This document shows positions 1 through 14,400 of a DNA stretch of 64,000 nt, one piece after another; the stretch's first letter is position 1, and every line of letters begins with the position of its first letter. The stretch comes from Callorhinchus milii (taxonomy: Eukaryota), in contig NW_024704743.1 in the NCBI RefSeq assembly GCF_018977255.1, positions 25,236,001-25,300,000 on the forward strand, in the 5' to 3' direction. Both the position numbers and the translations under genes were made by a program. A model generated the notes under the pieces. The model was given only the letters and a program-made list of their open reading frames with translations. It ran no database searches and was not told the origin of the DNA.

Positions 1-1480
1 CCTTTTGCAATTAGAAATCTATCTATCTCAGTCTTGAATATGTCCAAGGACTGAGCATCAACAGCCCTTTGGGGTAGTGAGTTCCATACATTCACCAGTG
101 AGTGGAGTGAAGAAGTTGAGTGAAGAAGTTCTTTCTCAACTCTGTACGAAAGGGTTGGCCTCTGATTTTAAGGTTGTGACCCCTGGTTTTAGTTTCTCCA
201 ACCAGGGGAAACAATCTCCCACTATCTACTCTTTCATGCCCTTTGATGATCTTATAGGTTTCTATAAGATCCCCTCTAATTCTTCTATATTCTAGAGAAT
301 ATAGGCCCAAATTGGTCAGCCTATCCTCGTAACTCATCCCCTTCATCCCTGGTACTAACCTAGTAAATCTACGCTGCACCCCCTCCAAGGCAAGTACATC
401 CTTCCTTAAATAAGGAGACCAAAACTGGACACAGTATTCCAGGTGTGGTCTCACCAGGGCCCTATACAGTTGCAGCAAGACTTCCCTACTCTTATACTCT
501 AATCCTTTCATAATGAATGCTAACATACCGTTCGCCTTCCTAATTGCTGCTGCACCTGCAGACTAACTTTCTGTGATTGGTGTACAAGGACACCCAAGTC
601 CCTCTGGACGCTAACACATTCCAATCTCTCCCCTTCTAAAAAATAACCCGCTCTACTGTTTTTGCTACCCAGGTGGATGACTTTGCACTTCCCTACATTA
701 TACTTCATCTGCCACCTACCTGCCCAATCACCTAACCTATCTATGTCTCGCTGCATTTTTTTAATGTCATCCTCTGTGTTGACACTTTCTCCTAGTTTTG
801 TGTCATCCGCGAATTTAGATATATTAACTTTGATGTCCTCATCTAGATCGTTGATGTAGATGGTAAATAGCTGAGGCCCAAGGACTGATCCTTGTGGCAC
901 TCCACTAGTCACATCCCGCCAATCTGAAAAGGACCCGTTTATCCCTACTCTTTGTTTCCTACCCGTTAACCATTCCCCAATCCACGTTAATATGCTCCCC
1001 CCAATTCCATGGGCCCTTATCTTTTGGACTAACCTTTTATGCGGCACCTTATCGAATGCCTTCTGGAAGTCCAAATAGACCACATCCACTGATTCACCCT
1101 TATCTAGTTTACTCGAAATATCCTCAAAGAAACTCTGAGATTAGTCAAACATGACTTCCCTTTTGTAAAGTCATGTTGACTTGACCTAATTATATTGTGC
1201 TCTCCTAAATACCACACTACCACATCCTTAATCAATGATTCTAAAATTTTTCCTATCACTGATGTGAGACTAACTGGCCTATAGTTCCCCATCTTTTCCT
1301 TTCCACCTTTTTTAAATAGTGGTGTGACATTTGCGATCTTCCAATCCATGGGGACTGTTCCAGAATCCAAGGAATTTTGGAAGATCAGACATAAGGCCTC
1401 CACTATCTCATAAGCTACCTCTTTTAAAACCCTGGGATGCAAGCCATCCGGACCAGGGGATTTGTCACTTTTTAGTGCTA
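1..1480 (-). mobile_element. CR1-clade LINE ORF2 (RT) fragment, frameshifted, in a NOD1-B intron
   Basis: ORFs with [64 protein letters not shown]. Confidence 0.93.
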
Positions 1481-2351
1481 ACAGTAATAACTACTTTAGT
1501 TTTGTTGCATTTGTCTACAAATTGCAATTATTACACTTTACAGTATATCTGTGAAATACTTTGAAATGTCCTCCTGACGCGCGTGAAAGGCTGCGTGCCA
1601 AATGTAAAGATTATTATTATTTATCCTATCCAAATATTACAGCACGTGATCTCCATACATTTGAGCTACACTCATTTAACAAATTTTGTTTTGAAGCTAC
1701 ACTGTAAAATAGAGAGAACCTTACAGAAATAAACCCGGCTAGCTCTACTGCCTTTACAGCAGGGAATGGACATGGTACCGCAGGATAAAGGTATAAATCT
1801 TGAGAGGTTCAGATTATTGTTAATAATAATAACAATAATATTGGATAAGTTAGACCCTTTGACCCATTTGATCTCATCCTTCTAGAACACCCCCTTTACC
1901 ATCTGCCCATCATAGCATCAAGCGGTTTTGTCCTTGTCTCAACCACCCTTCCTGGCAACCTGTTCCAGCTGTTAATTAATGTAAAGAAAACTTTCCTGTG
2001 TCTGTTCTGACATTGCCCTTTGCGATTCTAAACCTATGTCCTCTTGTTCTACTCTCTCATTCAATCTGCAAGTTTTGTTTGGGTTTACTTTCTCAATCCT
2101 ATTTAAAATCTTATAAAGTCTCCTATGAGATTTCTCCTTTCAGGACAAAGAGTCGAATTGTTGCTCGTAGCTCATTCCTCTAAATACTGGGAATCTCCTC
2201 TGCACTGCCTCTAGGGGGCTGGGCAGCCCCCTTATGGTGTGGTGACCAGAACTGTTTCAGTACTTGAGGTGTGGTCTGAGGAGATCACCATACAGCTTAA
2301 GTATGAACTCAACCGATTTGTCAATATACCCCAGAATTCTGCCAACTTTAC

Positions 2352-2435
2352 CATAAGTTTTTCAGCGATGTGTTTATTTTCAACATTTCTGCAAAACTTT
2401 TTGCTGCTTCATCGTCTAAATAATTTTGTGTCAAC
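2352..2435 (-). CDS. NOD1: NOD1-B LRR exon 6
   Basis: 84 nt, [28 protein letters not shown]. Confidence 0.9.
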
Positions 2436-5400
2436 CTAGAAGAAAAACAAAATCCGAGTTTGTCATCATGACTTGTGTAATTCCTTCCCACCCTTTCTGT
2501 CTCTCTCTCTCTATCTCCCTCCCACCTTCCATCCCTCCCTCCATCCAGAGATGGAATAAAATTCTTGAGCCCCTTCACACAACGATTATGTGTTGAAGAG
2601 GAGACTTTTAAAATAAAAAAAATGTATGATGTAAGAAAAAAAAATATCAAACTTAGGTCTTTGATCACTGGCCACATAAAGCTCACATGGAATTGAAAAA
2701 CGTTATTCACATTATAGTTAATTAATCCTGTGCTGTACATTCACTGGTTCTATAACTGCATTTTACTTACAGTCACATGTGCTCCAGGTAATGCTATATA
2801 TCCATGTATTGGCAGATCAGGGTGTGTGTATACATTTAATCCCTGCACTAATCACATTTTCTACAAAACAGCCACGCTCATATTTTCTTAATAAATAGAA
2901 TATTTTAACTCAAAAATGCACTTGTGTGCTCCTTATAGTATAGTATAGTACAGTTAATCCTTGAGAGCTGAATCTTTTTGTCACTGCAGAAGGAAAACAC
3001 ACTTTTATTCAGCCTAATCACATTGAAATTTCTCAAAGAGCTTCCTGGGAAGAGTACAGTACTGTCAAGTACAGTGACTATTTGTGCAGTGGGGTGGCTA
3101 ATTTGTGTGCAGTGAAGGTCTTACAAACAGCCATGAAATTAATGGACACACTTTCTGTAGGATTGTTGTCCAGTACTTCCCTATCTTTTCAAATATCGCC
3201 TTAGGATCTTTAACAGCCACCTCAATAACAGGCAGCTAGGATGATTTAACGTCTCATTTGAAGGCTAGCCCACCAAACTACTTGTACTCACTACAGGAGA
3301 ATATTGCAATAAACAACATTTATCTCCTATAAAAGTATTAATTCTGAGTATTAACGTACAGACATTTCTTTCTTCCCAGTATTGATATTATGGTGATGTT
3401 TAGAAGCACACTCAGTGGTTCAGATCATATAGTGTATAGTGGAGTCCTGTAGCATATTGGTTCGACCCAGGTTCAATTCCCATGCAGGGTGAAATCTTAG
3501 GCAAGTTTTCTTACTCTACACACTTCTGCTTATCTAGCATTGAGTAGGAACCCAGTTGTTAATCGAATGGTGGATCGTTTTTCCAGGGGTAATAATCCCT
3601 TAAAAAAAAGATAATAATTTGTTCACTCAATCCACGACTGTTTGTGCGACACTGCTGTGTGCAATTGACTGCCGCGTTTCGCCAACAAAATACACAGTCA
3701 ATTCACTTCACAGATTATTCTGTGAAGTGTTTTGAGACGTCTCAACAACATGATACGGCGCTATATCAAATGCAACGATTATTATCCTACAGCCGTTCGC
3801 TGAGTGCCCCTGGTGATGCTTACGGCTTGCGTACCAGAATATCTTCAGGGAGCTGTTGCTGCGAAGGGCAGTGGCTAAGAGTTTCCCGCCTTCTGGTGAG
3901 ATCTGATTTGCTGCAAGGCTGAGAAGATATGAAAAGAATTGATTTTTCTTCATTGCCATAAATTCACCCATGACTATAATTTAACAGGTGTTACATTTCC
4001 AGACAAGAGAGAAAAAAAATCAATCTCAAAGTTGAGTTGGTTGCTAAAAGGCTGCGTAAGATGCTGGGGAAGATCAATGGAAATTAGATGAAGTAAGAAT
4101 ACAACCATCTCACCACAATACGCTCTCCTTTTCTGGGAATTAATGATTTTCTGTACGTTGCTAACAGTCTCACTTTTCTTTACACAAAATGTGATTTGCG
4201 GAATGAATATTTTACTGATAGGCAATAATAAGATATGTATTTGATTAAATGTGACCAAAAGTCATTTAATATCATATCCGATCAACGCGTTAGAGTTGAC
4301 CATTTTGCTTTGGTCTCCTCTCTCTGGTTCCAACGAACTTGAATGACTAGCAGAGAATGAAACAGAAGATTGCTGATTGTCTATATCAGGGTTGTGAAGG
4401 TGAGGCACTCTCAAATCCCAGAGGTGTCTTTAGTTATCAACTGCCTCAACCTTATTTATCAACAATGTAAGATTACAGAGAGAGGCTGCAATTTTCACAC
4501 CAACCTTTCAGTGGTGCTCAACTGCTGAAAACTCAACTTCTAGTATTAACTGCATCTATTTGCACTTCAGTTCCATGCATTCATCTAATTCCCTGAATGT
4601 CTCCTAAACCTCCAACGTGAGATTTGCTGCCTGATAAATTGAGGAAAATGACTAGGAGCAGTAAGGACTGTATATCAGATTCAATTTGATTCAGTTAGAA
4701 AAAAATTGATTCAATCTTTAGTGTAAATCGGACTTCATTCTGAGACAGATAAAACGCATTAAGGCAAGGGAGAAGAATCCCTAAACACCACTCAAAGGAG
4801 TGAAGCACAAAGGACACTGGCAAGATGTCCACAATCATATATTGCACTAGCAGAGACATGTATATAACACTCAACAATAGTTGATATGGGACAGTTTGTG
4901 ATTCTGAAATAAAATGCACTTTAGAGAAATGTGGTTATTTCTGGATGAGGACTAAGCTAAATACCAAGTCATATGGAGGTCTAATATGTAATATTTATTT
5001 ATAAACGTGGCAACTAATTTGTGCAAAGTAATGTCCCACAAACAGCCATAAAAGTGAATAACCGATTTTATCTGGAGGATTGTTTGCCAGGACACCGGGA
5101 GAAACTCCCTTCTCTTTTTACCATGGGATCTTTAAAGTCCACCTGGAGAGCAGACAGAACGCTGGTTTAATGGTATATCCAAAGGATGGCACCCCTGGCA
5201 ATAACCGATTTTATCTGGAGGATTGTTTGCCAGGACACCGGGAGAAACTCCCTTCTCTTTTTACCATGGGATCTTTAAAGTCCACCTGGAGAGCAGACAG
5301 AACGCTGGTTTAATGGTATATCCAAAGGATGGCACCCCTGGCAATAAAAGCATACCCCAGTTCTGCATTTGAGTGCCTAAACTATGTAAGTTCAAAGGCT

Positions 5401-8400
5401 TGACGTGGGGTTTTGTACATCCCAGAACTCAAATGCACCAATGGTGTTCAACTCTGGTGGTTTTCAGAAGTCATAATTAGCCTCTTTGGTTATTTTATAC
5501 CAAATCAGATAGCAAAATGGAAGTCACAATTAGTGCTGCCCACCCCTTTTGTGAATATCACAAATTTATTTGCCAATGTCCACCTAACTGCAACTATTTT
5601 AAGCAGCAAGTTGGTCGCTGAAGAGTTGGGTTGCAATCTCACTAGACAAGTGCTATGATGGGAATCTCTCTGAGCTAGGCTGTTAGAAGTATGCCAAGCC
5701 TTGGCTAGGAGAGGAGGGATTCAATCTTTGTTTCGCCTTCCCCGATGACAACACTAAGACGCACAATTTAACTTCAGCTAGCACTGCCGCTATTGAGTTG
5801 GGAGAGAGGAACGTCACATCGATGAGAACCTATAGTGTGGACTTTCATGTTTTTTCTGACAGATTGAACTGAAGCCGAACACAGCTGTTCTAGCTCCACT
5901 GCAAGTTTTCCTTAAGGTATTGATCTATGCTTTTAACCTTAATCCTCTTGATGGCTATACTTGGAAGAACATTAATTTAAAGGAAAAATCTGGTCTTGGA
6001 TTGAATACAGAGCACTCCTCATACTTAGCTCTAACTAATTTTATATTACATCTGCACAGAACACCAGTTGGAAGTAGATATAGGATTCACAGCCACAGAT
6101 GGATGGTCCTGGCAGAGGGGCAGAAAATCAAAGAGGACAGGCATTCTGGGCCATTCTTGTATATCTCCGATTGGATAGTTATATAGCTTGTTTGGAAAGG
6201 TTAGGAGTAGATCGAACATCTCTCTCCGGGATATTGATTTTTTTCAGCAGCCCAGAAAAGGAAGCAGTAAATGAAAAGCATTTGAAAAGCTTTTGAAAAA
6301 TGAAAAGCTAAACAAAAATAGGGTAAAATGATAGAAAAATTGGGACTGAGCATTGCACCACTACTGAAAGGCACAACCGACTGTGCACAGTAGTTGTGTG
6401 AAATTATTTATTTAGAACTAGTTAGAAGTTATGAGATAACCAGAGTAGGTAACCAGACGGACTCAGGATAATGATGTGAATAAGATGAAAAATGAAATAA
6501 TAATGATGTAATCCTTGCAATTGGTGTAGCACCTTTTACATTGAGAGGACATCTCAAAGCGCTTCACAGAATTTACTGTAAAGCATGTTTTTGTGAGCAA
6601 ATGACCTCATGTAACTAACAATTTTAAGCAGCAAGTTGGCCCTTAAAGAGTCGGGTTGCAATCTCACTAGACCAGTGCCATGATGGGAATCATTCGCACC
6701 AGGGAAGGAGTCCTGGAGCTCAGTGATTAGAGCACCCGACCCTTGCAAACAAGAGGCCTGGGTTCGATTCCCGGCAGGGCGAAACCTTGGGTAAGTTTCC
6801 TTACTCCACACATGACTGTTTACCTAGCAGTAAGTAGGAACCAGGTGGTCAGTGGATTGGTGAATCACTTTTCCCGTGGTAATATTTCCTTCAGAAAAAT
6901 AATAGTAATAAATTGGTCAATCAATCCACGACTGTTTGTGGGACACTGCTGTTTGGAATTGGCTGCCATGTTTCGCCCACAAAATATACAGTCAATTCAC
7001 TTTACAGCATATTCCGTGAAGCACTTTGAGACGTCTCAAAGACGTGATAAGGCACTATATCAAAAGCAAGGATTATTATTATCATGTACCATAAAACTGC
7101 TCCGTTAGGAGTTGAGGCTATTTGGGAGTTGTGTGCAATGGGTATAGGTTTACCTCAAATTCTTCAGACTGTGCTGATCCCTCAAAGCTTCTGCAAAGGC
7201 TTCCGCACCCCGGTCTCCTATCTGATTGCCCCACAACCTGACGAGTGTGAAAACAAATTCAATTCAGCAAATGGAGCTCTACAGTGAGATGCAATACGTG
7301 CAATACCTCATAGTGGATTGAGATGATTGATACAGTTGCCCGGCGTGCTCACAGTTCTCACATTGAAATGCTGGACTCTGATTTGGAAGACCTGGCTTCA
7401 GTTTGACTGTTACAGCGAGGAGGAAGAACAATAAGGCCCATAACGTCAATGGGCAACTGTTATAAAAAAAAGTATGCAGTGGCATTGATCACAGCCACGG
7501 ATGGACAAGTCTTTGGTTTATCTAGTACTCATTCTCTGACCTATGAAGAATAGCATCGACTGGGAAATGCCATGAACAATGGTTATATTTAAACTGTCCA
7601 TTCAACCTCTCCTTCAAACATTGAGATCCCCTTTGACTGTATTGAATAATTGGAGTCCAGCTCAACTATATTGTATAAAATATGGAAGACCTCAATAAGA
7701 TCATCAGCGGTCATCGTCTCTTCTCCAATGGAAGTATTTCAAGCTGCTGTAATCTATCCTCATATCTTAGGTGCCCATTCCCACGTATAATTCAATTCAA
7801 TCGGTTTTGTATCTTCTCTGTGCCCTTTTGAGATAGGCAGTAAACTGTCCTGGCCCACAGAAGCACATCCTACTCTCAGCCAATCACACAATGACATAGA
7901 TGGCTACAAAGACGTCCACAAGCTCAGAAGATCCAATGTTTCCTGTTGCTTTGTGAGTCCAAGAAGCAGCAACTGGGAAAAGAGGGAGAAATAAATACAA
8001 CATGTATTCTCTATATAAGGGAGTCTCTCTCTCTCAGTGCCCTGGCCAAAAGTCTCCCAAATAAAATTGGTCACTCACTCCATGGTTGTTTGTGGGACAT
8101 TGCTATGTACAAACTGGCTGCGATAATTGCCCCAAAAACACAGTAGCACCACTTCACATTGGATCCTGTGAAGTGGTTTGAGATGCCTCAACAGCATAAT
8201 AAGGTTCTACATCAAATACAAGGATTATTATTACTATATATTCAATTTAAATTCAAACCTTGACAGTGAAACTCCTTGTATTATCCAATCCCACATTGAT
8301 AACTACAAGAGTGGCTACTATTTTGGAATATATTTTGAGGCTTGTGTATTTACTCACCCAACATCCTCTATGGTTTTGCTATTCTGGATTGCTTTTGCTA

Positions 8401-11400
8401 GGTATGCGCCCCCTTCATGGGTGATCATGTTGGATCCCAGCCTGAATAGACATGGCAAATATGTTTAGGAACCTGTTATTCCTCGACCATTGCTCTAAAA
8501 CATCTTGAGATGCGTAATAAAATGTGAGTAAGTGACACAGAAGTGAATTACCTCAAGAAAACAAGACTGGGACAGCTTTCGACCAGCTGAGCGATGGCCC
8601 TGGCACCAACATCACTTAAATGATTTTTGTAAAGACTGAAAATAAGCGGACAGGTAATTAATCAAAACAAACTCAGTCTTAAACAAAAAAGGAACACGAG
8701 TATTAATGATGTGCCATTTTGAAAATCAATCTGATTTAGTTCCATTGAAGGGTTGAACTCATTGTACTCTTTGTACATAATAATAATTTGGTCACTCAAT
8801 CACCGACTGTTTGTGGGATACTGATGTGTGCAACAGCAACAAATTATATGTGTATAGCACCTTTCATGTCAGGAGAACATCCCAAGATGGAATTGGCTGC
8901 TGCATTTCACCCACAAAAATATACAGCCAGTTCACTTTACAATAGATTCTCCAAAGCACTTTGAAACATCTCAATGACTTGATAAGGCTCTATATTAAAT
9001 GCAAGGATTATCATTATTATTATTATTTATCTTTCAGATAGTGATTTACACGTTGTGTATGTCCAGAGGGTTTTTATTTAATATTAAACATGGATTTGTT
9101 TCATTTACCTTTGGAAGATCAATACAATACAATAGATGTTTTGCATGAGCAGAAACAATTAATGAAACATTAATAGAGACAGACTCCAAATAAATTAAGT
9201 TAGACATCTGGTGCAGGAACTCCTGTTAAATGATAAGAATTAAAATAGTGTAGTTGTAAATTTAAATCCCAGTCCAAGCCAACTATCTAACAATATCTGA
9301 ACAATGTTTTCTCTTGAAATGACTTTATTTAACTCGGTACATGAGGCATTCTATCAGGACAACTTGTGACACTAGGCAGGTGGCCTGCCTCTCCTGTGAA
9401 CCAGCTAAGGGCCAAAGCGCTGTCCAGCATTAATAGCAAGATGTGGAAGCGTTTGAAAATAGGGGTGTTTTGTTTGCAGGAAAGAAGGTAACACAGGGAG
9501 GAAACAATTACAACTTGCCTTTATTTAGTTTTTTAAAAAATAAACTTGTGATTACGTGAAGTGGGACAAAGTAGTTTGTTTTCTATTCCTGTACATTCCC
9601 ATGTTACAAGAGCTCTTAGGAACGGAAGTAGCAGATATCAGTCAAGTGTTGGGAAGAATTTTGGAGCACGATGAAACAAATATACCTTTGGAGATTTTTG
9701 AGAGCAGCAAGAGACAGGTCCCAAAGCAGTATCGACTTGGAAGTGAGTCTCAGAGAGCAAAGGCGTAGTGGCTAAAGGCTCAGGCAAAGGATAATGAGAA
9801 GTACACCGGATTCAAAAAGCAGAGAATATGGATTGGAGAAGTTTGGACAGGTAGGGTGGTGCAAGGGTATTAAAGAATTTGAGCACGAGAACAAAGGCAA
9901 ATAGTATTTCACATTTTACTATACATATAATAATGTAAAGCATTCTCACCCAAGTGACTTGATCTGATGATACTTTCTGAGTTCTTCTGCCAAGACACAG
10001 GCCCCATGGTCTGTGATCTGATTCACACTCAACCTGCATTAGAACATAGCAGTACCTAAATCAATAGTAATTTAGTATAGCTTCAGACAGATATGGACCA
10101 GTAGGTCCAACTAGTCTATCCATCCAATTTCCCCAAATATTGTTGAAAAATACAATTAGTTTATCAAATGCTATGAGGAACACAAGTTTCCTGTAATAGG
10201 CACAGACGGAAATGAAACAAACTTCAACCTGATATGTGAAAGCAGCCAAGTTGCACATTTTTTCTGGCTCTATATTTCATAGTTGATAGCTCCTGGATCT
10301 GGACACCATTAACAGCCAGGTATAGCCACCTGAACACCAAACTAAGCACTACAAGTTAATGTGAGAGGCAAGATTAATATTTGGTGGCAAAGCTTACCTG
10401 AGCACCGTAAGCTTACTGAAGGAGGGGAGCAGTTGTTCCACCCCGTAATCATTGATGTTGTTGTTGTCCATTTCCAATGCGATGGTGTTTGGGATATGAA
10501 GCAGAATGAATGTGAGAGCACTGCAGTCGGAGGAACAGATGTTGCAGTAGGTCAGCTTCATGTAAATGTTACATATTCCTCGGGCTGCAAGTTTGGCTAC
10601 AGCCTCGTTCTGCATTTCAAATATAAACCTGATCAGCCAGACAAAGCATGGCAGGATATGGATCTTGCAGCCATCCTCAAGATTTAATCGAGGGAGTCTC
10701 CTTATGTGCGATTTCACACAGTCATTAAGATAAGACGTCAATACTGAACGTTTCCCCTGAATAACTGTAGGACACGCCAGTTTCATTAACAGATTAATAT
10801 TACTGCTGGACAGGAGACCACAAAGGAACAGCTTGGTAAACCGAATGTGCTCACTGTGTGGCTTGGGGACATCTTTTGCGCCTTGCCTAACAGGGATTAA
10901 GCACTCAAAAAAAATAGTGCGGAGTTTCTTTGTAATTGAGCCGGTCACGTCACTATCATTAAATAACTTGAAGAGGCTCCTAGAGCTTATCTGATCATCC
11001 ACAGCTAATGAAAGTGCAGCAAAAAACGACTGCAGGGTCAAGTGAAGGAACTCATAGGTAGACTGGTTGCGAAGGCCATCATAATGGTCAGCAGCTTTGA
11101 TGAAACCCAATTGCAAGTCCTGCTCGGAGATCTCTGCTGCTGTGATTTGCTCCTGGTGGAAGAGAAAGTTGCTGTTTTCAATCCCATTTCGGGCTAATTT
11201 ACCCAGGTGCATCAAGGCACTCCTTTTTGTTCTGAACACATCTAGTTGGCTTCTGGCAGTTTTCCAATTCAAGTTCATTTTACAAGAATGATTAAGGAAG
11301 ACTTCTACCATTAGCAAGTAAACATCTGTCAGTGTGATATAGTCTGAGAGCTGGTGGGTGTTGGGCATGTTCAGAATGTGCTCATAAGATTTAAATATAA

Positions 11401-14400
11401 TCCAGCAGAAGAGTGGCACTGAACACAGGGTGCACAGGTGAGGGTTTGCTTCCAGCTGGGTCAAGACTGAACTTTGATAACTCTTGTTTTTGAAAAACTT
11501 CTTCAAATACTGCAGCAAATTGTCCTTCGAAAATCCTTTCAATACGACTTTCTTCCTCACGATTCTCAGCGGCAGAATTGTGCCAGTTCTGGCTGTCAAT
11601 ACCTTTTTAGAACCTTTTAATAATTTTCCTCGGAGAAGGTTCATCAACAAGGCCACAGGGTGAGTGGGGACAAAGGGCGAGGAAATGTCAGGGATGTCGT
11701 TCACGTCACAGTCAATGTTAATCTCATCAAACCCATCCAGTGTGAAGAGAACAGTCTCTGGATGTTGACAGATATATCTGAAGATTTCATCCACGTCTCG
11801 GTCAGGGTAACAGTTGTACTTGAAGAGCAAATCCTTGAGTGAAATCTTGTCTTCCTCCTTAAAGCTATTAAATATCCGGCACCTGAATTTGAAGAAGAAT
11901 TTGACATCAGCACACAGCTCTCCTTTGGACCACAAGCTCTGCAGTTTCTGAAGCAGAATAGATTTACCAACCCCAGCGTCACCGGTTACAATCACCGTTT
12001 CTGCCTCTTCACTGATGACTCCAAACACACTGAATAATTCATCCAAACAGGATACCATTCCTTTGGGTTCATTGACATTGTTGATTAATTCCATCAGAGT
12101 CTCCGTGTATGTATCTTCAAACAAGGTGTCCTGCTTTTGGGCATATGATGAAATGAACTTTGAGTCTCTTCCCAGTTCATGTCTGAGCTTTTCGGTGTAC
12201 TGGCAAACTGAAGCACACAAGCACTACATTAATAAAATATTTTGGACAATATAGTTTTAGAGAGTAAAATTTTTATTACTCTCCATGTTCCATAAGCATT
12301 ACATAAACACATCAGTTTTGGTGTTATAAACAGAGTTGGCGATTGAAGTGAACTTTCTTAAATTTGAGAAAAAAATATGGAATGATTTGTCATACAGCAT
12401 TAATCACGACTGTTTGTGGGACACTACTGTGCGCAATTGGGTTCCGCATTTAACCCACAAAACATACAGTCAATTCACTTTACAGTATATTCTGTGAAGC
12501 GCTTTGAGATGTTTAGAAAACATGCTAAAATGCTATATTAAACGCAAGGATTATTATTATGATTATTATCATCAATTTGAGCAATGCATTTCGAGCCTCC
12601 TGAGCTCAGCCCTTAGGTAAGCATTTATTATTTATCATTCTCTAAAGAGATCCCAAAATAATCCAAAGAAGTTTGATACAATGCAGTTTGTCTCTGCTTA
12701 ATACATAACTGAGCTCAGGAGGCTCGAAATACATTGCTTGAATTGATAATAATAATAATAATCCTTGCGTTTGATATAGCGCCTTATCAGATCTTTGAGA
12801 CGTCTCAAAGCGCTTCACAGAATATATTGTAAATTGAATTAACTGTATATTTTTGTGGACGAAACACAGCAGCCAATTGCGCACAGCAGTGTCCCACAAA
12901 AAGTCGTGGATTGAGTGACCAATTTTTTTTGAAGGAATTATTCCCTCAATAGTGTTTGGGTCATTCATAGCAACAACAACAACAAAATTACATTTATAGA
13001 GCGCCTTTCACGTTGGGAGGATGTCCCAAAGCGCTGAACAGTCAGGTGTTCGGGCCCGAGCATGAGGACTGGTGGTGTAGGGGTGAGGGAAGGCAGAGAG
13101 GTGGGAGGCAGACCAAAGGCACAGTCGAAGAGAAGGGTCTTGAGACCGGCCTTGAAGGAGGCAAGGGAGTAAGCGAGGCGAAGGGACCGTAGGATGGAGT
13201 TCCAGAGTGTAGGGGCAGAGAGGCTGAAACCCGACCACCGGGCGGGAGACATGGAGCAGGCCGGAGCCCGCTGAACGGAGGGAGCGGGCAGGTTGGTAGG
13301 GAGTCAGCAGGTCAGAGAGGTAGGAGGGGGCAAGGCCATGGATGGCCTTAAAGGTGAGGACGAGGATTTTGAACTCGATCCTCTGGGGAAAGGGGAGCCA
13401 GTGGAGTCGGGTGAGGGTGGGAGTGATGGGGTCACGGAGCCCGGTGTGTGTGAGTGCACGAGCTGCAGAGTTTTGGATGATCTGCAGCTTGTGAAGGGAA
13501 GAGTTGGGAAGGCCGCTGTGGAGGGACTTCCCGTAATCATGCCTTGATGTGACGAATGCATGGGTGAGGGTTTTGGCAGCCTGAGGGGTGAGGCAGTGAC
13601 GGAGTCTGGCAATATTGTGGAGGTGGTGGTAGGCAGTGCCGGTCATGGCGCGGACGTGGGGGAGAAAGGACAGTTCAGGATCAAACAAGATACCCAGGTT
13701 CCTGACTGGCAACCAAGAATAAAAGTGAGCCACCTCTTTGTGTTGATCACTGGCTAAATAATCTCCATAATTGATCAGACCATGTTAAACATATTCGATT
13801 GATTCTAGTTAAATTCATGTGGATCTCAAAATATTTCATTTAACGCTTGTGCCAAATATATCAAACTGATCTCTCACCAGCATCCGTAATAAGCACTGAT
13901 TTCTTCAGCAAGAAATCCGATGGGCAATAATGAATCTCTTCCAACCAAGGCTCCAGGTTTGAGTAAACATCTTTTGCACGATACATGATGTATATAAAGT
14001 ACTCTGCAGTCTCTTCTCCTTTACCTGATATAATATCCAGTATTTTACGATTCTAAAATAAATAGTGAGACGCATTAGCTTTAAGGTGACTACATTATTT
14101 TGTGCATTAACAGTTGTGTCAGTAAAGGAGAGATAGAGCAGAACTTACTGAGATGACTATTTGCATGAAGTATAACTGACAGCTTTTTAGCCCACTCATT
14201 GCATCGATCCAACCTTGAGGTACCTCTCTGTGCTAATACATCATTGTCTAGCCTCTGACAGATACTATTTGGCTGTAAAACATCAATCCAGGAAATCAGC
14301 AACATTTGGGGGACTGGTGCCCAATGATGCATCCAGTGGTGTCAATCTTCCACCTCCAGACCTCAAAGCAATCATCTCAATTGCAGTACTGCAAGGCCTG

